Notes: generated from the letters alone by a model not told the origin. Shown: positions 1-9,391, counted from the stretch's first letter. The stretch: DNA of 64,000 bases from an uncultured Ectothiorhodospiraceae bacterium (GCA_964645165.1 CAZXZI010000001.1:1477-65476); one strand, 5' to 3'. Program-made: numbers and translations.

Positions 1-783
1 TCGCAGACGAGTGAGGGGACGTCGCAGGTCATGAGCGACATTATCCGTCACTTCCTGCATACCGTTAATCAAGCGCTCAATGTGCGCGAGCATCTGATTA
101 AGGTGTGTGGCCAATTCGTCGAATTCATCGTCGTGTCCGCTACTGGCAACGCGGCTGCTCAGATCGCCGCTGAGAATACGTCGAGTGGTGTTGTTGATTA
201 TTTCCATCCGCTCCACCATCTGTTGCCCCATGCGCCAACCTAAGATCAGGGTGAGTCCGATAATGACCACTAGCAACGTCGCCATGGCACTCAATACAAA
301 TTCCTGCAGGTCTTCGGCCTGTTGCACACTCTGCGCGACCAACAGACGACTGCCATCTGGCAGCATTGTTGCAATCATCGGCCAGTAACCGTCGCGATCT
401 TTTACGTGATGCGGAATCAGTTCATCTTCTATCCAGATGTTACGGACCCGTTGATCGGGATAAAGTTGTGACGGCCAGGCATTCAGATCACCTGCGAGTT
501 TGGTTCCATCTGGCGCAATCAGTAACAGATAGCGGCGGTTCTCTGAGTCGATGTCGGAGCGGTTGTTGAGAATTTGCTGCAGCCTGCTACGTCCCTCTTG
601 CCGGTCGATTTGGCGAAGGGTCATCAGCTCGTTCTCCAGCCCCGCCGCGAGCTGGGCATCCACATAACGGCTGGTTGCCCAATACAATACACCGAGCCCG
701 AAGCTGGTCAGTAGCATATAAAACAGCGCATAACGCAACGCCAGACGAATGGCGGTAGTGTGCAGTAATCTACGTGGATTCAC
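1..783 (-). CDS. Sensor histidine kinase, N-terminal part. It has 2 TM helices, a periplasmic domain, HAMP and the start of HisKA. The C-terminus lies beyond the window edge.
   Basis: Reverse translation from a GTG at about 783 gives VNPRRLLHTTAIRLALRYALFYMLLTSFGLGVLYW... through ...NGMQEVTDNVAHDLRRPLTRL. That last stretch is the H-box of HisKA. It overlaps the stop of the upstream response regulator by about 14 nt, which is typical RR-HK coupling. It is not in the ORF track because it is truncated. Confidence 0.7.
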   Translation of the reverse strand, partial: MNPRRLLHTTAIRLALRYALFYMLLTSFGLGVLYWATSRYVDAQLAAGLENELMTLRQIDRQEGRSRLQQILNNRSDIDSENRRYLLLIAPDGTKLAGDLNAWPSQLYPDQRVRNIWIEDELIPHHVKDRDGYWPMIATMLPDGSRLLVAQSVQQAEDLQEFVLSAMATLLVVIIGLTLILGWRMGQQMVERMEIINNTTRRILSGDLSSRVASSGHDDEFDELATHLNQMLAHIERLINGMQEVTDNVAHDLRRPLTRLR

Positions 784-1447
784 TCAGGCGATACCCCCGG
801 CCACGGATGGTGTGCAACAACGGATCTTCGAATCCTTTGTCGATCTTACTGCGCAGCCGTGAAATCTGCGTATCGATGACATTGGTCTCGGGGTCGAAAT
901 GGAAATCCCAGACCTGCTCCAATAACATCGTGCGTGTCACTGTCTGGTCAACATGCTGCATCAGATACTGAAGCAACTGTAACTCTTTGGGTTGCAATCG
1001 AATCTCCCGACCAGACCGGCGCACCTTATGAGTCATCAGATCCAACTCCAGCTCCCCCACCTTAAGCAGAGTTGTCGGCTTGCCCTCGGTGACTCGACGG
1101 GTCAGCGCTTCAAGGCGTGCCAGCAATTCGCCGAAAGCATAGGGCTTGACCAGATAATCGTCACCACCGGCACGCAGTCCTTCGATGCGATCATCCACGT
1201 CGCCAAGGCCACTGAGCACCAGTACCGGCGTGCCTTTATTATCGGCACGCAGCATGCGAATGATCGACAGACCATCACGTTTTGGCAGCATGCGGTCGAT
1301 CACCAAAACATCGTAGTCACCGTGCAACGCCATATGCAGACCTTCTTCACCGTCAGCGGCATGATCCACTACATAACCACTTTCAGACAGCCCTTTGACC
1401 AGGTAGGCGGCGGCGATGGTGTCGTCTTCTATCAGCAGAATATGCAT
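770..1447 (-). CDS. OmpR-family response regulator, most similar in pattern to heavy-metal regulators of the CusR/CopR/PcoR type
   Basis: 225 aa. Receiver domain MHILLIEDD...GDYDVLVIDRMLPKRDG...LVLSGLG. Winged-helix C-terminus LRSKIDKGFEDPLLHTIRGRGYRL. It has the same conserved blocks as E. coli CusR: GDYD..I.D.MLP, VRMLR..NKG, DDYLVKP.AF.ELLAR. Confidence 0.8.
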   Translation of the reverse strand: MHILLIEDDTIAAAYLVKGLSESGYVVDHAADGEEGLHMALHGDYDVLVIDRMLPKRDGLSIIRMLRADNKGTPVLVLSGLGDVDDRIEGLRAGGDDYLVKPYAFGELLARLEALTRRVTEGKPTTLLKVGELELDLMTHKVRRSGREIRLQPKELQLLQYLMQHVDQTVTRTMLLEQVWDFHFDPETNVIDTQISRLRSKIDKGFEDPLLHTIRGRGYRLSEST

Positions 1448-1570
1448 GACGTTATTGTACCGGTTGGATCTCTGTGGCGCGCCTACCCTTTGGCACGTCT
1501 TTTAAAGAAGTGTCCGCAGGCTAAAGTCTGTCTCGGATTCGTACCTGGTGACGTGTCAGCAAGGTGGATA

Positions 1571-1786
1571 TCATTTCTCACTCAATACCTGGTACTCCGC
1601 CTCGATGAAGTTAGTGCGCTGTTGATGTTGCCGCCACCGGAATTTGATCGCGGCCATGGTCAGCAGTGCCCCGCCCGCAGCCAGTATCAGCAGGCTAGTG
1701 AAGAAAGCGACGATGCATAACAGCGTGGTCAGTAATCCAAATACCAGTTTTTCCGGCCAGCCAAATCTTGTGTGATATACCTTCAT
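1571..1786 (-). CDS. Small membrane protein of 71 aa with a single TM helix and a basic KFRWRQHQQR stretch after it
   Basis: Starts at the internal ATG MKVYHTRFGW, which is preceded by an AGGAGA RBS. The track ORF 1571..1840 overlaps the upstream gene, so the shorter start is preferred. Hydrophobic stretch LLTTLLCIVAFFTSLLILAAGGALL. Confidence 0.45.
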   Translation of the reverse strand: MKVYHTRFGWPEKLVFGLLTTLLCIVAFFTSLLILAAGGALLTMAAIKFRWRQHQQRTNFIEAEYQVLSEK

Positions 1787-1815
1787 CTTAGTGTCTCCTG
1801 TGGAGATGTTGATCA

Positions 1816-2376
1816 TCAGGCATGACGATGCTGACGCCAACCGCGATAGCCCATCATTCCGCCAAGCAGTAATGGCAGACCGAGGGCGACCGGCAGGATG
1901 CGACTGGATTCAACGACCAGCTTGCGTGCCACATGAAACTGCAGGGTCGGGCTGGTGTAGACGGTTTGTTCTTTGCGGTCGGTGACACTGATCACCACGC
2001 GATAGTCACCACTTTGAATCAGGCGCATAGGCCAGTCGGTGCTCAGGGGCGTGCCCGGCGCCAGGGTAGTGCCCGTCACCGCCTTGTGCGCGCTCCAGTC
2101 CTCCAGGTCCATGGGTTGCTCATGTCCCGCAGTCACCTCCACCAGGCTGATCCAGGCCACGAGGCCCTCAATGGGGTGCTGGCTGGTGTTGCTGATCACG
2201 CTGTGAAAGTGCATCCAGTCGCCCATGGTCGGAGTGAGCGGGTTGGTCTTGTCGGGTTGCAGCTCGATGTTGACATCGGCGGCCTGGGCTATACCTGTGC
2301 CCAGACCCAGCCCCAGCCCCAGCCCCAACACGAGCATGACGGCGATCAGAAATGGTTTGAGGGTTTTCATGCGCAT
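1816..2376 (-). CDS. Secreted or anchored protein. It has an N-terminal signal peptide, a GLGLGLGLG linker, Met/His/Trp motifs, and a C-terminal hydrophobic anchor with a basic tail. Function unknown.
   Basis: MRMKTLKPFLIAVMLVLGLGLGLGLGTGIAQA signal. Motifs MGDWMHFH, AGHEQPMDLEDW and WSAHK. C-terminal ILPVALGLPLLLGGMMGYRGWRQHRHA. The start is 9 nt after the permease stop. Confidence 0.45.
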   Translation of the reverse strand: MRMKTLKPFLIAVMLVLGLGLGLGLGTGIAQAADVNIELQPDKTNPLTPTMGDWMHFHSVISNTSQHPIEGLVAWISLVEVTAGHEQPMDLEDWSAHKAVTGTTLAPGTPLSTDWPMRLIQSGDYRVVISVTDRKEQTVYTSPTLQFHVARKLVVESSRILPVALGLPLLLGGMMGYRGWRQHRHA

Positions 2377-2384
2377 GCTCCTAA

Positions 2385-3140
2385 TTAGCGGAAACGGGGC
2401 CGGCGTGCGGTCATGCGTGCCAGCAGGAAGGTGAGGGCGAGCCAGGCCAGCACCAATGCCAGATGGGGAAGTTGTGTCATGAACGGGTCGCTATCGATGA
2501 TCACCGCATCAAAGGTGTTGAGTGCGCCAGAGAATGGATTGACCGCGTCGAAGAATTTGCCGATGGCACTGTTGCGCAGACCGGGGCCAATTAACAGTGG
2601 GCTGGCGGCGAACAGCAGGACGATCAAGCTGGTCAACAGAGCAGTTAGCACATTGCCGCTGCGGGCCGAGAGGGCCATCGCGAGATAACCGAAGCCAAGC
2701 ACAACCGGCGTACCGAACAGGGCCAGATAAACGATGGCCTGCATCAGATTTTGCCCGCCGGCGCCCACCGCCCACAGGTAAGGCAGCGCCAGCACGAACA
2801 TCACTCCCCAGGCGCTGAGTAGTCCCAGCGCCTTGCCGTTGAGCAGTTGTGCGGTGGAGATCGGCGCAGTGAGTAGCGCCACCAAGGTGCCGCGCTCGCG
2901 TTCGCCGGCAAACGAATCCGCGCCTAGGATAACCGCGATCACCGCGCCCGCAGCGGTGACGGTACCGCACATCATGTACACCACCTGGGCGTTGTCGAGC
3001 AGACTTAACTCCTGATTGCTGATCAACAGCAGAGCAAAGGCGGAGAGCACGGCGCTGAAGGCCAGCAGCCAGCCCAGACCGCGCTGATTGCGCAACAGGG
3101 CGGCGCGTTCGTGACGGGCGATGAGGGTAGTGGCGTTCAT
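2385..3140 (-). CDS. ABC-2 family transporter permease
   Basis: Starts at the internal ATG MNATTLIARHERAALL (track ORF 2385..3515 overlaps the ATPase). The ATGA overlap with the ATPase stop means translational coupling. Six predicted TM helices. ABC-2-type hydrophobic profile. Confidence 0.7.
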   Translation of the reverse strand: MNATTLIARHERAALLRNQRGLGWLLAFSAVLSAFALLLISNQELSLLDNAQVVYMMCGTVTAAGAVIAVILGADSFAGERERGTLVALLTAPISTAQLLNGKALGLLSAWGVMFVLALPYLWAVGAGGQNLMQAIVYLALFGTPVVLGFGYLAMALSARSGNVLTALLTSLIVLLFAASPLLIGPGLRNSAIGKFFDAVNPFSGALNTFDAVIIDSDPFMTQLPHLALVLAWLALTFLLARMTARRPRFR

Positions 3141-4087
3141 ACGGCTTGCTCCTGGTCGACCCTTTCCGGGTGCGTGGTGAGATGCAGATAGAGTTCCTCC
3201 AGACCACCGCCTTCGGCGTGAATCTCGGTGTAGGTCCAACCCAGGCTGGTCAACTGCTGCCAGAGTCCCGGCAGCTTCGGCAATGCCGCTGCAGCGACCT
3301 CGACGTGCCACCAACCACCCTCCTGGCGTACCAGCTTTACCTCCTTGGGCAGCGTTTTCGCCTCCGGTACTTGGCTCATACGCAAGCGGTAACGTAGAAC
3401 GGCAGCGTCGCTGCCCAGCAGTTCGGCGAGGGTGCCCTCGATCACCGTCCGTCCTTGATCGATGATGCCAATGGTGCTGCACAGCCGTTCCACATCGTCC
3501 AGCAAGTGGGTACAAAGCAGGATGCCGACCTGGCGTTCTTTCGCTAATTGCAGCAGCAGGTCATGCACTTCACGACGACCGCGCGGATCCAGTCCATTGG
3601 TGGGCTCGTCAAGAATCAGTAATTCCGGATCGTGCACCAGGGCACGCGCCAGTGCCAGACGTTGGGTCATGCCGCGCGAGAACTGGCTGATCGGCTTATG
3701 GCCGGTGTCAGCCAAGCCCACCTGTTCCAACAATTCAGCCACCGACTGTTGCAAACCGCCATAAAAACCGGCATGCCAGACCAGGTAGTCGTTGGCGCTC
3801 ATCCAGTCGTAAAAGCCGGCGTGTTCAGGCATCACGCCGATGCGGCGCCTTAGCGCCACAGGATCGGCCTCGGTTGAATCAAACAGTCGCAGCTTGCCGC
3901 TGTCGGCAGGATACAGTCCGAGCAAAAGGGCGATGGTGGTGCTCTTGCCCGCGCCGTTGGGGCCAAGCAGGCCGTAGATATCCCCTCGCCACAGGTGCAG
4001 ACTGGTGTCTGAGAGGATGCGCTGTCCTTGCAGCGTGAGGGCAAGATGATTGGCGTCGATTAACATGATTTCATCCTTGTTGTGCAT
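3137..4087 (-). CDS. ABC transporter ATP-binding protein with a C-terminal extension of about 80 aa (DUF4162-like, typical of ABC-2 systems)
   Basis: Walker A GPNGAGKST. Q-loop, signature LSRGMTQRLALARAL, Walker B LLILDEPTNGLD, H-loop CTHLLDDV. 316 aa, longer than the roughly 240 aa of a minimal ABC ATPase. Confidence 0.85.
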   Translation of the reverse strand: MHNKDEIMLIDANHLALTLQGQRILSDTSLHLWRGDIYGLLGPNGAGKSTTIALLLGLYPADSGKLRLFDSTEADPVALRRRIGVMPEHAGFYDWMSANDYLVWHAGFYGGLQQSVAELLEQVGLADTGHKPISQFSRGMTQRLALARALVHDPELLILDEPTNGLDPRGRREVHDLLLQLAKERQVGILLCTHLLDDVERLCSTIGIIDQGRTVIEGTLAELLGSDAAVLRYRLRMSQVPEAKTLPKEVKLVRQEGGWWHVEVAAAALPKLPGLWQQLTSLGWTYTEIHAEGGGLEELYLHLTTHPERVDQEQAV

Positions 4088-4899
4088 TACTGCGCGTTAT
4101 CAGGGTTAGGTGAAACATCTTCCACTAGTACCGGCGCATCGACCCGACTGAGAGAGAGAAAACTGACCAGGCCCAGGATGCCAATCAGAAAGATCGCACT
4201 GGTGCCCACCGTCCCCAGACCCAGACCACCATCAGTGACGGGCTGCGACAAGTAGTCACCGAAGGAGGCGCCCAAAGGGCGCGTCAGGATATAGGCCAAC
4301 CAGAAGGCCAGAACGCCGTTGAGCCGGAAGGCATAGAAACCCATCGTGACCGCCGCGATGACTCCACCGAAGATCAATGCCGAGGGGGCGTAACCCATGC
4401 CCTGGGATTCCGCCAGCAGATCGCCAGCCGCCGTGCCGAGCGCAAAGGTAAACAGAATAGCTGCCCAGTAAAGCAGCTCGCGCCTGATGGTATGGATGCT
4501 GTGAATGGATAGCGTGCCTTCGCTCTTGTACCAGAGCACAAATGTCGCCACCATCGCGATACCGAACACCAGGCTGGTGACCTCCAGCGGTACGTTGAAG
4601 TTGTCCGTCAGGTTATCGGTAATTAAAGTACCGACGACACTGACCAGCACCACCGTCAACCAATACAGCCAGGGGATATAGTGCCTGGATCGCACCTGAG
4701 CCGTGAGAACAGCTGCCAATACCCCGCTCATCAGCAGCGAGGTGGCCATTAGACCAAAATGCAGATTGAAGATCAGAAAATCCGCACCGGTTTCACCGAC
4801 AGTGGTGGCAAGGATTTTGACGATCCAGAAGTAAATGGTAATGATGGCCGGGACCTTGATCAATAGATCCCGTGCGTTTGAATTTGTCATCTGATTCAT
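4087..4899 (-). CDS. Polytopic membrane protein with the repeated motif TTVGETGADF / ALGTAAGDLL (DUF347-like 2-TM repeat family)
   Basis: About 8 TM helices. Internally repeated G-E/T-x-G/A-A-D motif. It has a paralog at 5654..6565. Its stop overlaps the ATPase start by 1 nt. Confidence 0.55.
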   Translation of the reverse strand: MNQMTNSNARDLLIKVPAIITIYFWIVKILATTVGETGADFLIFNLHFGLMATSLLMSGVLAAVLTAQVRSRHYIPWLYWLTVVLVSVVGTLITDNLTDNFNVPLEVTSLVFGIAMVATFVLWYKSEGTLSIHSIHTIRRELLYWAAILFTFALGTAAGDLLAESQGMGYAPSALIFGGVIAAVTMGFYAFRLNGVLAFWLAYILTRPLGASFGDYLSQPVTDGGLGLGTVGTSAIFLIGILGLVSFLSLSRVDAPVLVEDVSPNPDNAQ

Positions 4900-4951
4900 G
4901 AGCGTCTTTCATTTTTAATTGATCAAAGCTGCCGTGACGGTCTGTGTTACA

Positions 4952-5455
4952 TCAATCACGGTCTTCGTGGCCCCCCTGTTCGTCATTGTCTTCCCAGAAC
5001 TTCCAGCTACTGTGCTTGTGCTCCCCGTGTTCGGCATCGTGGTCTGTGCATTCCTTCCCTGCTTCCATCGCCAATAGACGGCCGTTGCCGGCGTCGATCA
5101 TCAGTTGCATCTCCTTTCCTTTGTTACTGACAACTGCGACCTGCCAGATCAGGTAGCCATTCTCGTCGTCCAGCTTGCCACTGATGACCTTGCCGGGCAG
5201 AGCAGTGCGGGCGATCTTGCTGGCCTGTTCAATATCTATCTTGGTCTGGGCAGCCATGGCGGGCTCACTGTCATCCTTGATTTTAATGGAGCCGCTTTGC
5301 ACCACCTTAGGAATCTGCTCTATGTTGATGACCTCTTCTACAACGACGCCCTCGAAGGGTTTGTCTTTGGTAGTGTCGGCAAAGGCTGCCATTGCGCCAC
5401 CAGTCAACACGCCGCTGACGGTAATGGCAATAAGGGTTTTTTTTACCGATTTCAT
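4952..5455 (-). CDS. Secreted PepSY-domain protein
   Basis: Signal peptide MKSVKKTLIAITVSGVLTGGAMAAFA. PepSY-like block IDIEQASKIARTALPGKVISGKLDDENGYLIWQVAVVSNKGKEMQLMIDAGNGRLL. Acidic His-rich tail EHGEHKHSSWKFWEDNDEQGGHEDRD. Confidence 0.6.
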   Translation of the reverse strand: MKSVKKTLIAITVSGVLTGGAMAAFADTTKDKPFEGVVVEEVINIEQIPKVVQSGSIKIKDDSEPAMAAQTKIDIEQASKIARTALPGKVISGKLDDENGYLIWQVAVVSNKGKEMQLMIDAGNGRLLAMEAGKECTDHDAEHGEHKHSSWKFWEDNDEQGGHEDRD

Positions 5456-5788
5456 GATCTATCTCCTAATCGTAAGTTGGTTAGCGTCACGCTGGACGTT
5501 GGAGTGAGAATAGCTGGATAGACCTTGCCGGAAGCTTTCCTGAACATTACGAAATGGTAAGGGAAAATGAAGTGCGTTTTTGCTTAAGCTGTTATGAATT
5601 AATGTGGCTTTACATGTTGTTGATGCCTGAGAGAAGTCGCATATATACAACCGGTGAAAATCGGTTACATCATGTTAACGGGCGCTCAATACGTTGCTGA
5701 CCTTACTCGTCGTGCCATCAGATTGCGCAATTATGGCAGGCGAAAAAAGGTAACAGTGGAACAACACAAACCAGTCAATGGACATTCT

Positions 5789-6565
5789 ATGAATAACAAT
5801 ACGACAACAAAACTAATAAACCGGGTTCCACATATCATCCTTTTGTACTGGGTGATCAAAATCGCATCTACCACTCTGGGCGAAACCGGAGCAGACATGT
5901 TCTCCATGACCTATGGCTTGGGTTATGGCACGACAATCCTCCTGTTCATGGGTCTCTTCGTAATCCTACTTGGCGTCAAGCTTGCCATGAGAAGATACGA
6001 ACCCGTAACCTATTGGCTGGTTTTTACCTCAACTGCCATTGCCGGAACGGCCATTTCCGATTACATCGACAGGACGTTGGGACTGGGATATGCCTCTGGT
6101 TCTGTGTTATTGATCACACTGTTGTTGGTTATTCTGTTGCTTTGGTATGCCGGGGAGAAATCCATCAGTGTCGAAAGCATCACCAACAACGCTTCTGAGA
6201 CCTTCTATTGGCTTGCGTTCCTGATCGCAAATACTCTGGGAACAGCGGCCGGCGACTTTGTTACCGACCAATTGGAATTTGGTTTTGCTGCTGGTGTTAC
6301 GTTGTTTACCGGATCTCTCGTGTTAATTACTCTGCTGCACTTTTTCACAAAAACATCCGGGGTATTGCTGTTCTGGCTAGCCTTCGTTTTGACCCGACCA
6401 TTCGGCGCAACGTTTGGCGACTGGCTTACCAAACCACTGGCAAGTGGCGGCCTCAACCTAGGCACAGAAGGCGCATCACTATTTTTTACGCTTGTTTTAG
6501 TGTTGGCTGTCACCAGGGAGACGCGTCTAGAGCGGTCAGAGAGAACCATTCCTGAGATGGACTAA
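5789..6565 (+). CDS. Paralog of the DUF347-like membrane protein, divergently transcribed
   Basis: VPHIILLYWVIKIASTTLGETGADMF and FLIANTLGTAAGDFV align with 4087..4899. Start chosen at MNNNTTTKLINR by alignment with the paralog's N-terminus. The track ORF starts at 5654 and the 5' end is uncertain. Confidence 0.5.
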   Translation: MNNNTTTKLINRVPHIILLYWVIKIASTTLGETGADMFSMTYGLGYGTTILLFMGLFVILLGVKLAMRRYEPVTYWLVFTSTAIAGTAISDYIDRTLGLGYASGSVLLITLLLVILLLWYAGEKSISVESITNNASETFYWLAFLIANTLGTAAGDFVTDQLEFGFAAGVTLFTGSLVLITLLHFFTKTSGVLLFWLAFVLTRPFGATFGDWLTKPLASGGLNLGTEGASLFFTLVLVLAVTRETRLERSERTIPEMD

Positions 6566-7305
6566 TGCCTCCGTTCCGATATTCACTGCCTGTTGTTCTC
6601 TATGCATCATTGATCTGCGATTTTGGGACGCGATGTAGCGTCATTAAGTAGCGCTGAAAAATATCCCTTCGAAGGTCATCGGCCAGCGATGATTATCGAG
6701 AAGCAATAGGCGAAGGATCCCGTTCGTATATTCTGCTAATTTAATGCGTTGGTATTTTATAGTGGTGCCAGCGTTAGCATACGTCTAACCGGGAGCATGT
6801 CTTTCGGCCTGCATTATGAGAGCGAATTCAATAAGCTTTGCATGTTCGCCAATGCGTAGATCACAGGATACAGCTTTGAGTCACACGGTTTTTATCACTT
6901 TAACTACGGAGACTTTTTTAACAATTGCTGCACTTTCCTCACAACCTTGAAAAATGCTTAAGCGCCAAGTAAACAGATCAGCGGGCATTGAGAAAAACCT
7001 GACTCAAGAACAGGCCTTTATTTTTTTACGACTTAGGATTTTGTTTTTCAAAAACAAAGGCATTACCTGCAATCAGAGAATGTTAATGGCTGTTTTGCCT
7101 TGCGAGCTCAATTGGTCGGTGCAGTACATACAAACCAGACTGAAAGCATAAAGCGGCCAAAAAAATCCGGAAGTATAAATTAGCCAGGTGGCTAGTTTAT
7201 GCTGCAAGACACACGTCTGACGGAAACCAATAAAAATCAAACAATAGCCTGCGTCATCCTCCCGTGATCCTTACAGCATTTCAGTAATGAAACCAATAGA
7301 GCGCA

Positions 7306-7656
7306 TCATAACTCATCCTCCACAACCTGACTCAGTTTCTCCACCTGATGAGCAACACCCACCGCATCTTCCACATCGATTTGAAAAGCAATGCCGGATC
7401 CCGTGGTCAGATCAAACGCGGCAACATCGGCAATTTTTTCCAGAATACTGCGACAAAGATGTTCTTCTACCAAAAACATCAGCATGTCGCGTTGCGTCTC
7501 CAAAGTCATGCCAAAAAAGGTTTTACTCGTTTCTATGCCTTCGCCGCGCGCATGATTTATCACCGTGGAACCGGTGGCTCCTGCCTGCCTTGCTGCCTCC
7601 AGCACCGAATCGGTTTTGCTTTCCTCCACCAGTGCGATAATCAATTTAAAGTGCAT
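7306..7656 (-). CDS. P-II-like (GlnB-superfamily) small regulatory protein
   Basis: 116 aa. MHFKLIIALVEE...GATGSTVINHARGEG...TGSGIAFQIDVE follows the double beta-alpha-beta pattern of P-II proteins (K.I.A.V...GatG.T...G.G...G.g.iF...V). Confidence 0.55.
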   Translation of the reverse strand: MHFKLIIALVEESKTDSVLEAARQAGATGSTVINHARGEGIETSKTFFGMTLETQRDMLMFLVEEHLCRSILEKIADVAAFDLTTGSGIAFQIDVEDAVGVAHQVEKLSQVVEDEL

Positions 7657-7695
7657 CGTGATCTCCTTTATCCGCTACCAATATTGTCAAAAATA

Positions 7696-8475
7696 CTACG
7701 ATGTCTGTTGCCGATTTTTTGCGCGCCACTGGCTGATTTGAGCATAGGCCATGACAGAAATAATGGGGAACAAACTGGCAAACGCAATCAACCCAAAACC
7801 ATCCAGTACTGCACTGCGCCCCGGTACTGTACTAGCTAAGCCCAAACCCAAGGCTGTCACAATAGGTACCGTCACCGTAGACGTGGTCACACCACCGGAA
7901 TCATAAGCCAGGGCTATAATCATCTTCGGTGCAAAAATGGTTTGCACCATAACCAACAGGTAACCGGCAATAATGAAATAGTGCAACGGTGTGCCGGTAA
8001 TAATGCGAAACACACCCAAAGTAATACCGATGGCTACGCCCAAGGCCACTGAAATACGCAAACCACCCACGCTCACTGTGCCACCAGACACATCGCTGGC
8101 TTTAATCGCTACAGCCAACAATGCCGGTTCGGCAATCGTAGTAGAAAAGCCGATAGCAAATGCAAACAGGTACACCCAACGATAATCCTGCCAATGCAAT
8201 GTGGCATCCAATTGATGTGAAATACCGTGAAGAAATTGCGGGTCGGTTAATTGCGTGGCCATCAGTTCCCCCAGTGGGAACAGTGCTTCTTTTAATCCAA
8301 CCAGAAATAGTGAAAGACCGACGGTGACATAAACAAAACCCAACAGTACACGCTTGATCTTCGGCACCGGCCGACGCAGCACCAGATACTGCATACCAAA
8401 AACGATAGCCACAATGGGCAATACATCACCTACGGTGTCGACAAAAGAATCACCGACCAAGGTCAATAAACTCAT
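7696..8475 (-). CDS. DUF1538-family polytopic membrane protein, copy 2
   Basis: 259 aa. Shares [26 protein letters not shown] and [12 protein letters not shown] blocks with the adjacent paralog. 4-nt overlap with the upstream gene. Confidence 0.55.
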   Translation of the reverse strand: MSLLTLVGDSFVDTVGDVLPIVAIVFGMQYLVLRRPVPKIKRVLLGFVYVTVGLSLFLVGLKEALFPLGELMATQLTDPQFLHGISHQLDATLHWQDYRWVYLFAFAIGFSTTIAEPALLAVAIKASDVSGGTVSVGGLRISVALGVAIGITLGVFRIITGTPLHYFIIAGYLLVMVQTIFAPKMIIALAYDSGGVTTSTVTVPIVTALGLGLASTVPGRSAVLDGFGLIAFASLFPIISVMAYAQISQWRAKNRQQTS

Positions 8476-9209
8476 CTGATCAGCATCCCGTAAACCATCA
8501 CAAACATGATGGGCGTCAGTGAGGCAAAGGCGATCAAACCAAAACCATCGATCATCGGATTTCGCCCCTTAATACTGGACGCCAAACCCACACCCAAGGC
8601 TGTCACCAACGGAACGGTAATCGTAGAGGTCGTGACTCCGCCGGAATCATAAGCGATACCGATGATTTCCTTGGGCGCAAATAGAGTGATGATCACAATG
8701 CCGAGATAACCCCCGACAATAAGATAGGTAATGGGCCAACCACGCAGAATGCGCAGCACCCCAACCATAATGGCCAAGCCCACGGACACTGCCACAGTGT
8801 AGCGCAAACCCAGGGCATAACTGATGCGCGCCTCTGGGCTGTTCACAATCATGCCACCTTCGGCAGCGACCTTCGCCGCTTCTGCCGCCACCGCAATCAG
8901 TGCAGGTTCAGCGACAGTGGTGCCGCCGCCCAGCAAAAAGGCAAAAACCAGCAACCAGGCAACACTGCCTTTTCGCGCAAAATCATAGGCCAGGGATTCG
9001 CCGATGGGAAACAGTCCCATTTCCAAACCACGAATAAATAAGGTTAAACCGAATACCACCAACAACATGCCCATCATCAAATCCACGACATTGGGGATGG
9101 TCTGCTGCAAGACAACCATTTGGAAGAAGACCACCACCAATACGATGGGGGACAGGTCACGCGCACTGCGACGCAGGGCAACGAGGAAATGTTTTAGCTC
9201 TTTATTCAC
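8472..9209 (-). CDS. DUF1538-family polytopic membrane protein, copy 1
   Basis: 245 aa. Shares [26 protein letters not shown] with its paralog. A paralogous pair followed by a P-II-like gene is the typical DUF1538 arrangement. Confidence 0.55.
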   Translation of the reverse strand: MNKELKHFLVALRRSARDLSPIVLVVVFFQMVVLQQTIPNVVDLMMGMLLVVFGLTLFIRGLEMGLFPIGESLAYDFARKGSVAWLLVFAFLLGGGTTVAEPALIAVAAEAAKVAAEGGMIVNSPEARISYALGLRYTVAVSVGLAIMVGVLRILRGWPITYLIVGGYLGIVIITLFAPKEIIGIAYDSGGVTTSTITVPLVTALGVGLASSIKGRNPMIDGFGLIAFASLTPIMFVMVYGMLIR

Positions 9210-9391
9210 GCAGTGTTTAAATCATCCACTTATTTCCGCATGCCGGTGAAACCCAGAATGGGAAAGATGAGTGCATATTATTTTGCTGAATGCCAGGGCG
9301 ACATTCTTTCTTAACATCTTTCTACACTACCGTTATTTCTGGCAGCGCGCCACAGCACAAACATTCCAGCAATATTGATCGAAGGCTATTG

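Noticed and set aside
992-1720. 242-aa ORF on the plus strand
   Set aside because: It lies antisense to the well-supported response-regulator gene 770-1447 and has no recognisable motifs. It is a typical antisense shadow ORF in GC-rich coding DNA.
2509-3207. 232-aa Arg/Gly-rich ORF on the minus strand and several nested ORFs between 2413 and 3853
   Set aside because: They are alternative frames of the ABC-2 permease and ATPase genes. Their composition (R/G/A-rich, no hydrophobic pattern) is typical of out-of-frame translation.
6762-6780. sigma-54-like motif tggtgccagcgttagca
   Set aside because: It deviates from TGGCAC-N5-TTGCA at the -12 element. There is no downstream gene on the plus strand within 4 kb and no enhancer-binding protein nearby.
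7090-7145. Possible tRNA gene
   Set aside because: Only the acceptor/D-arm resemblance (gagctcaattgg) is present. D-stem complementarity, anticodon arm and T-arm GTTC motif are not found. Kept only as a remnant hypothesis in the findings.
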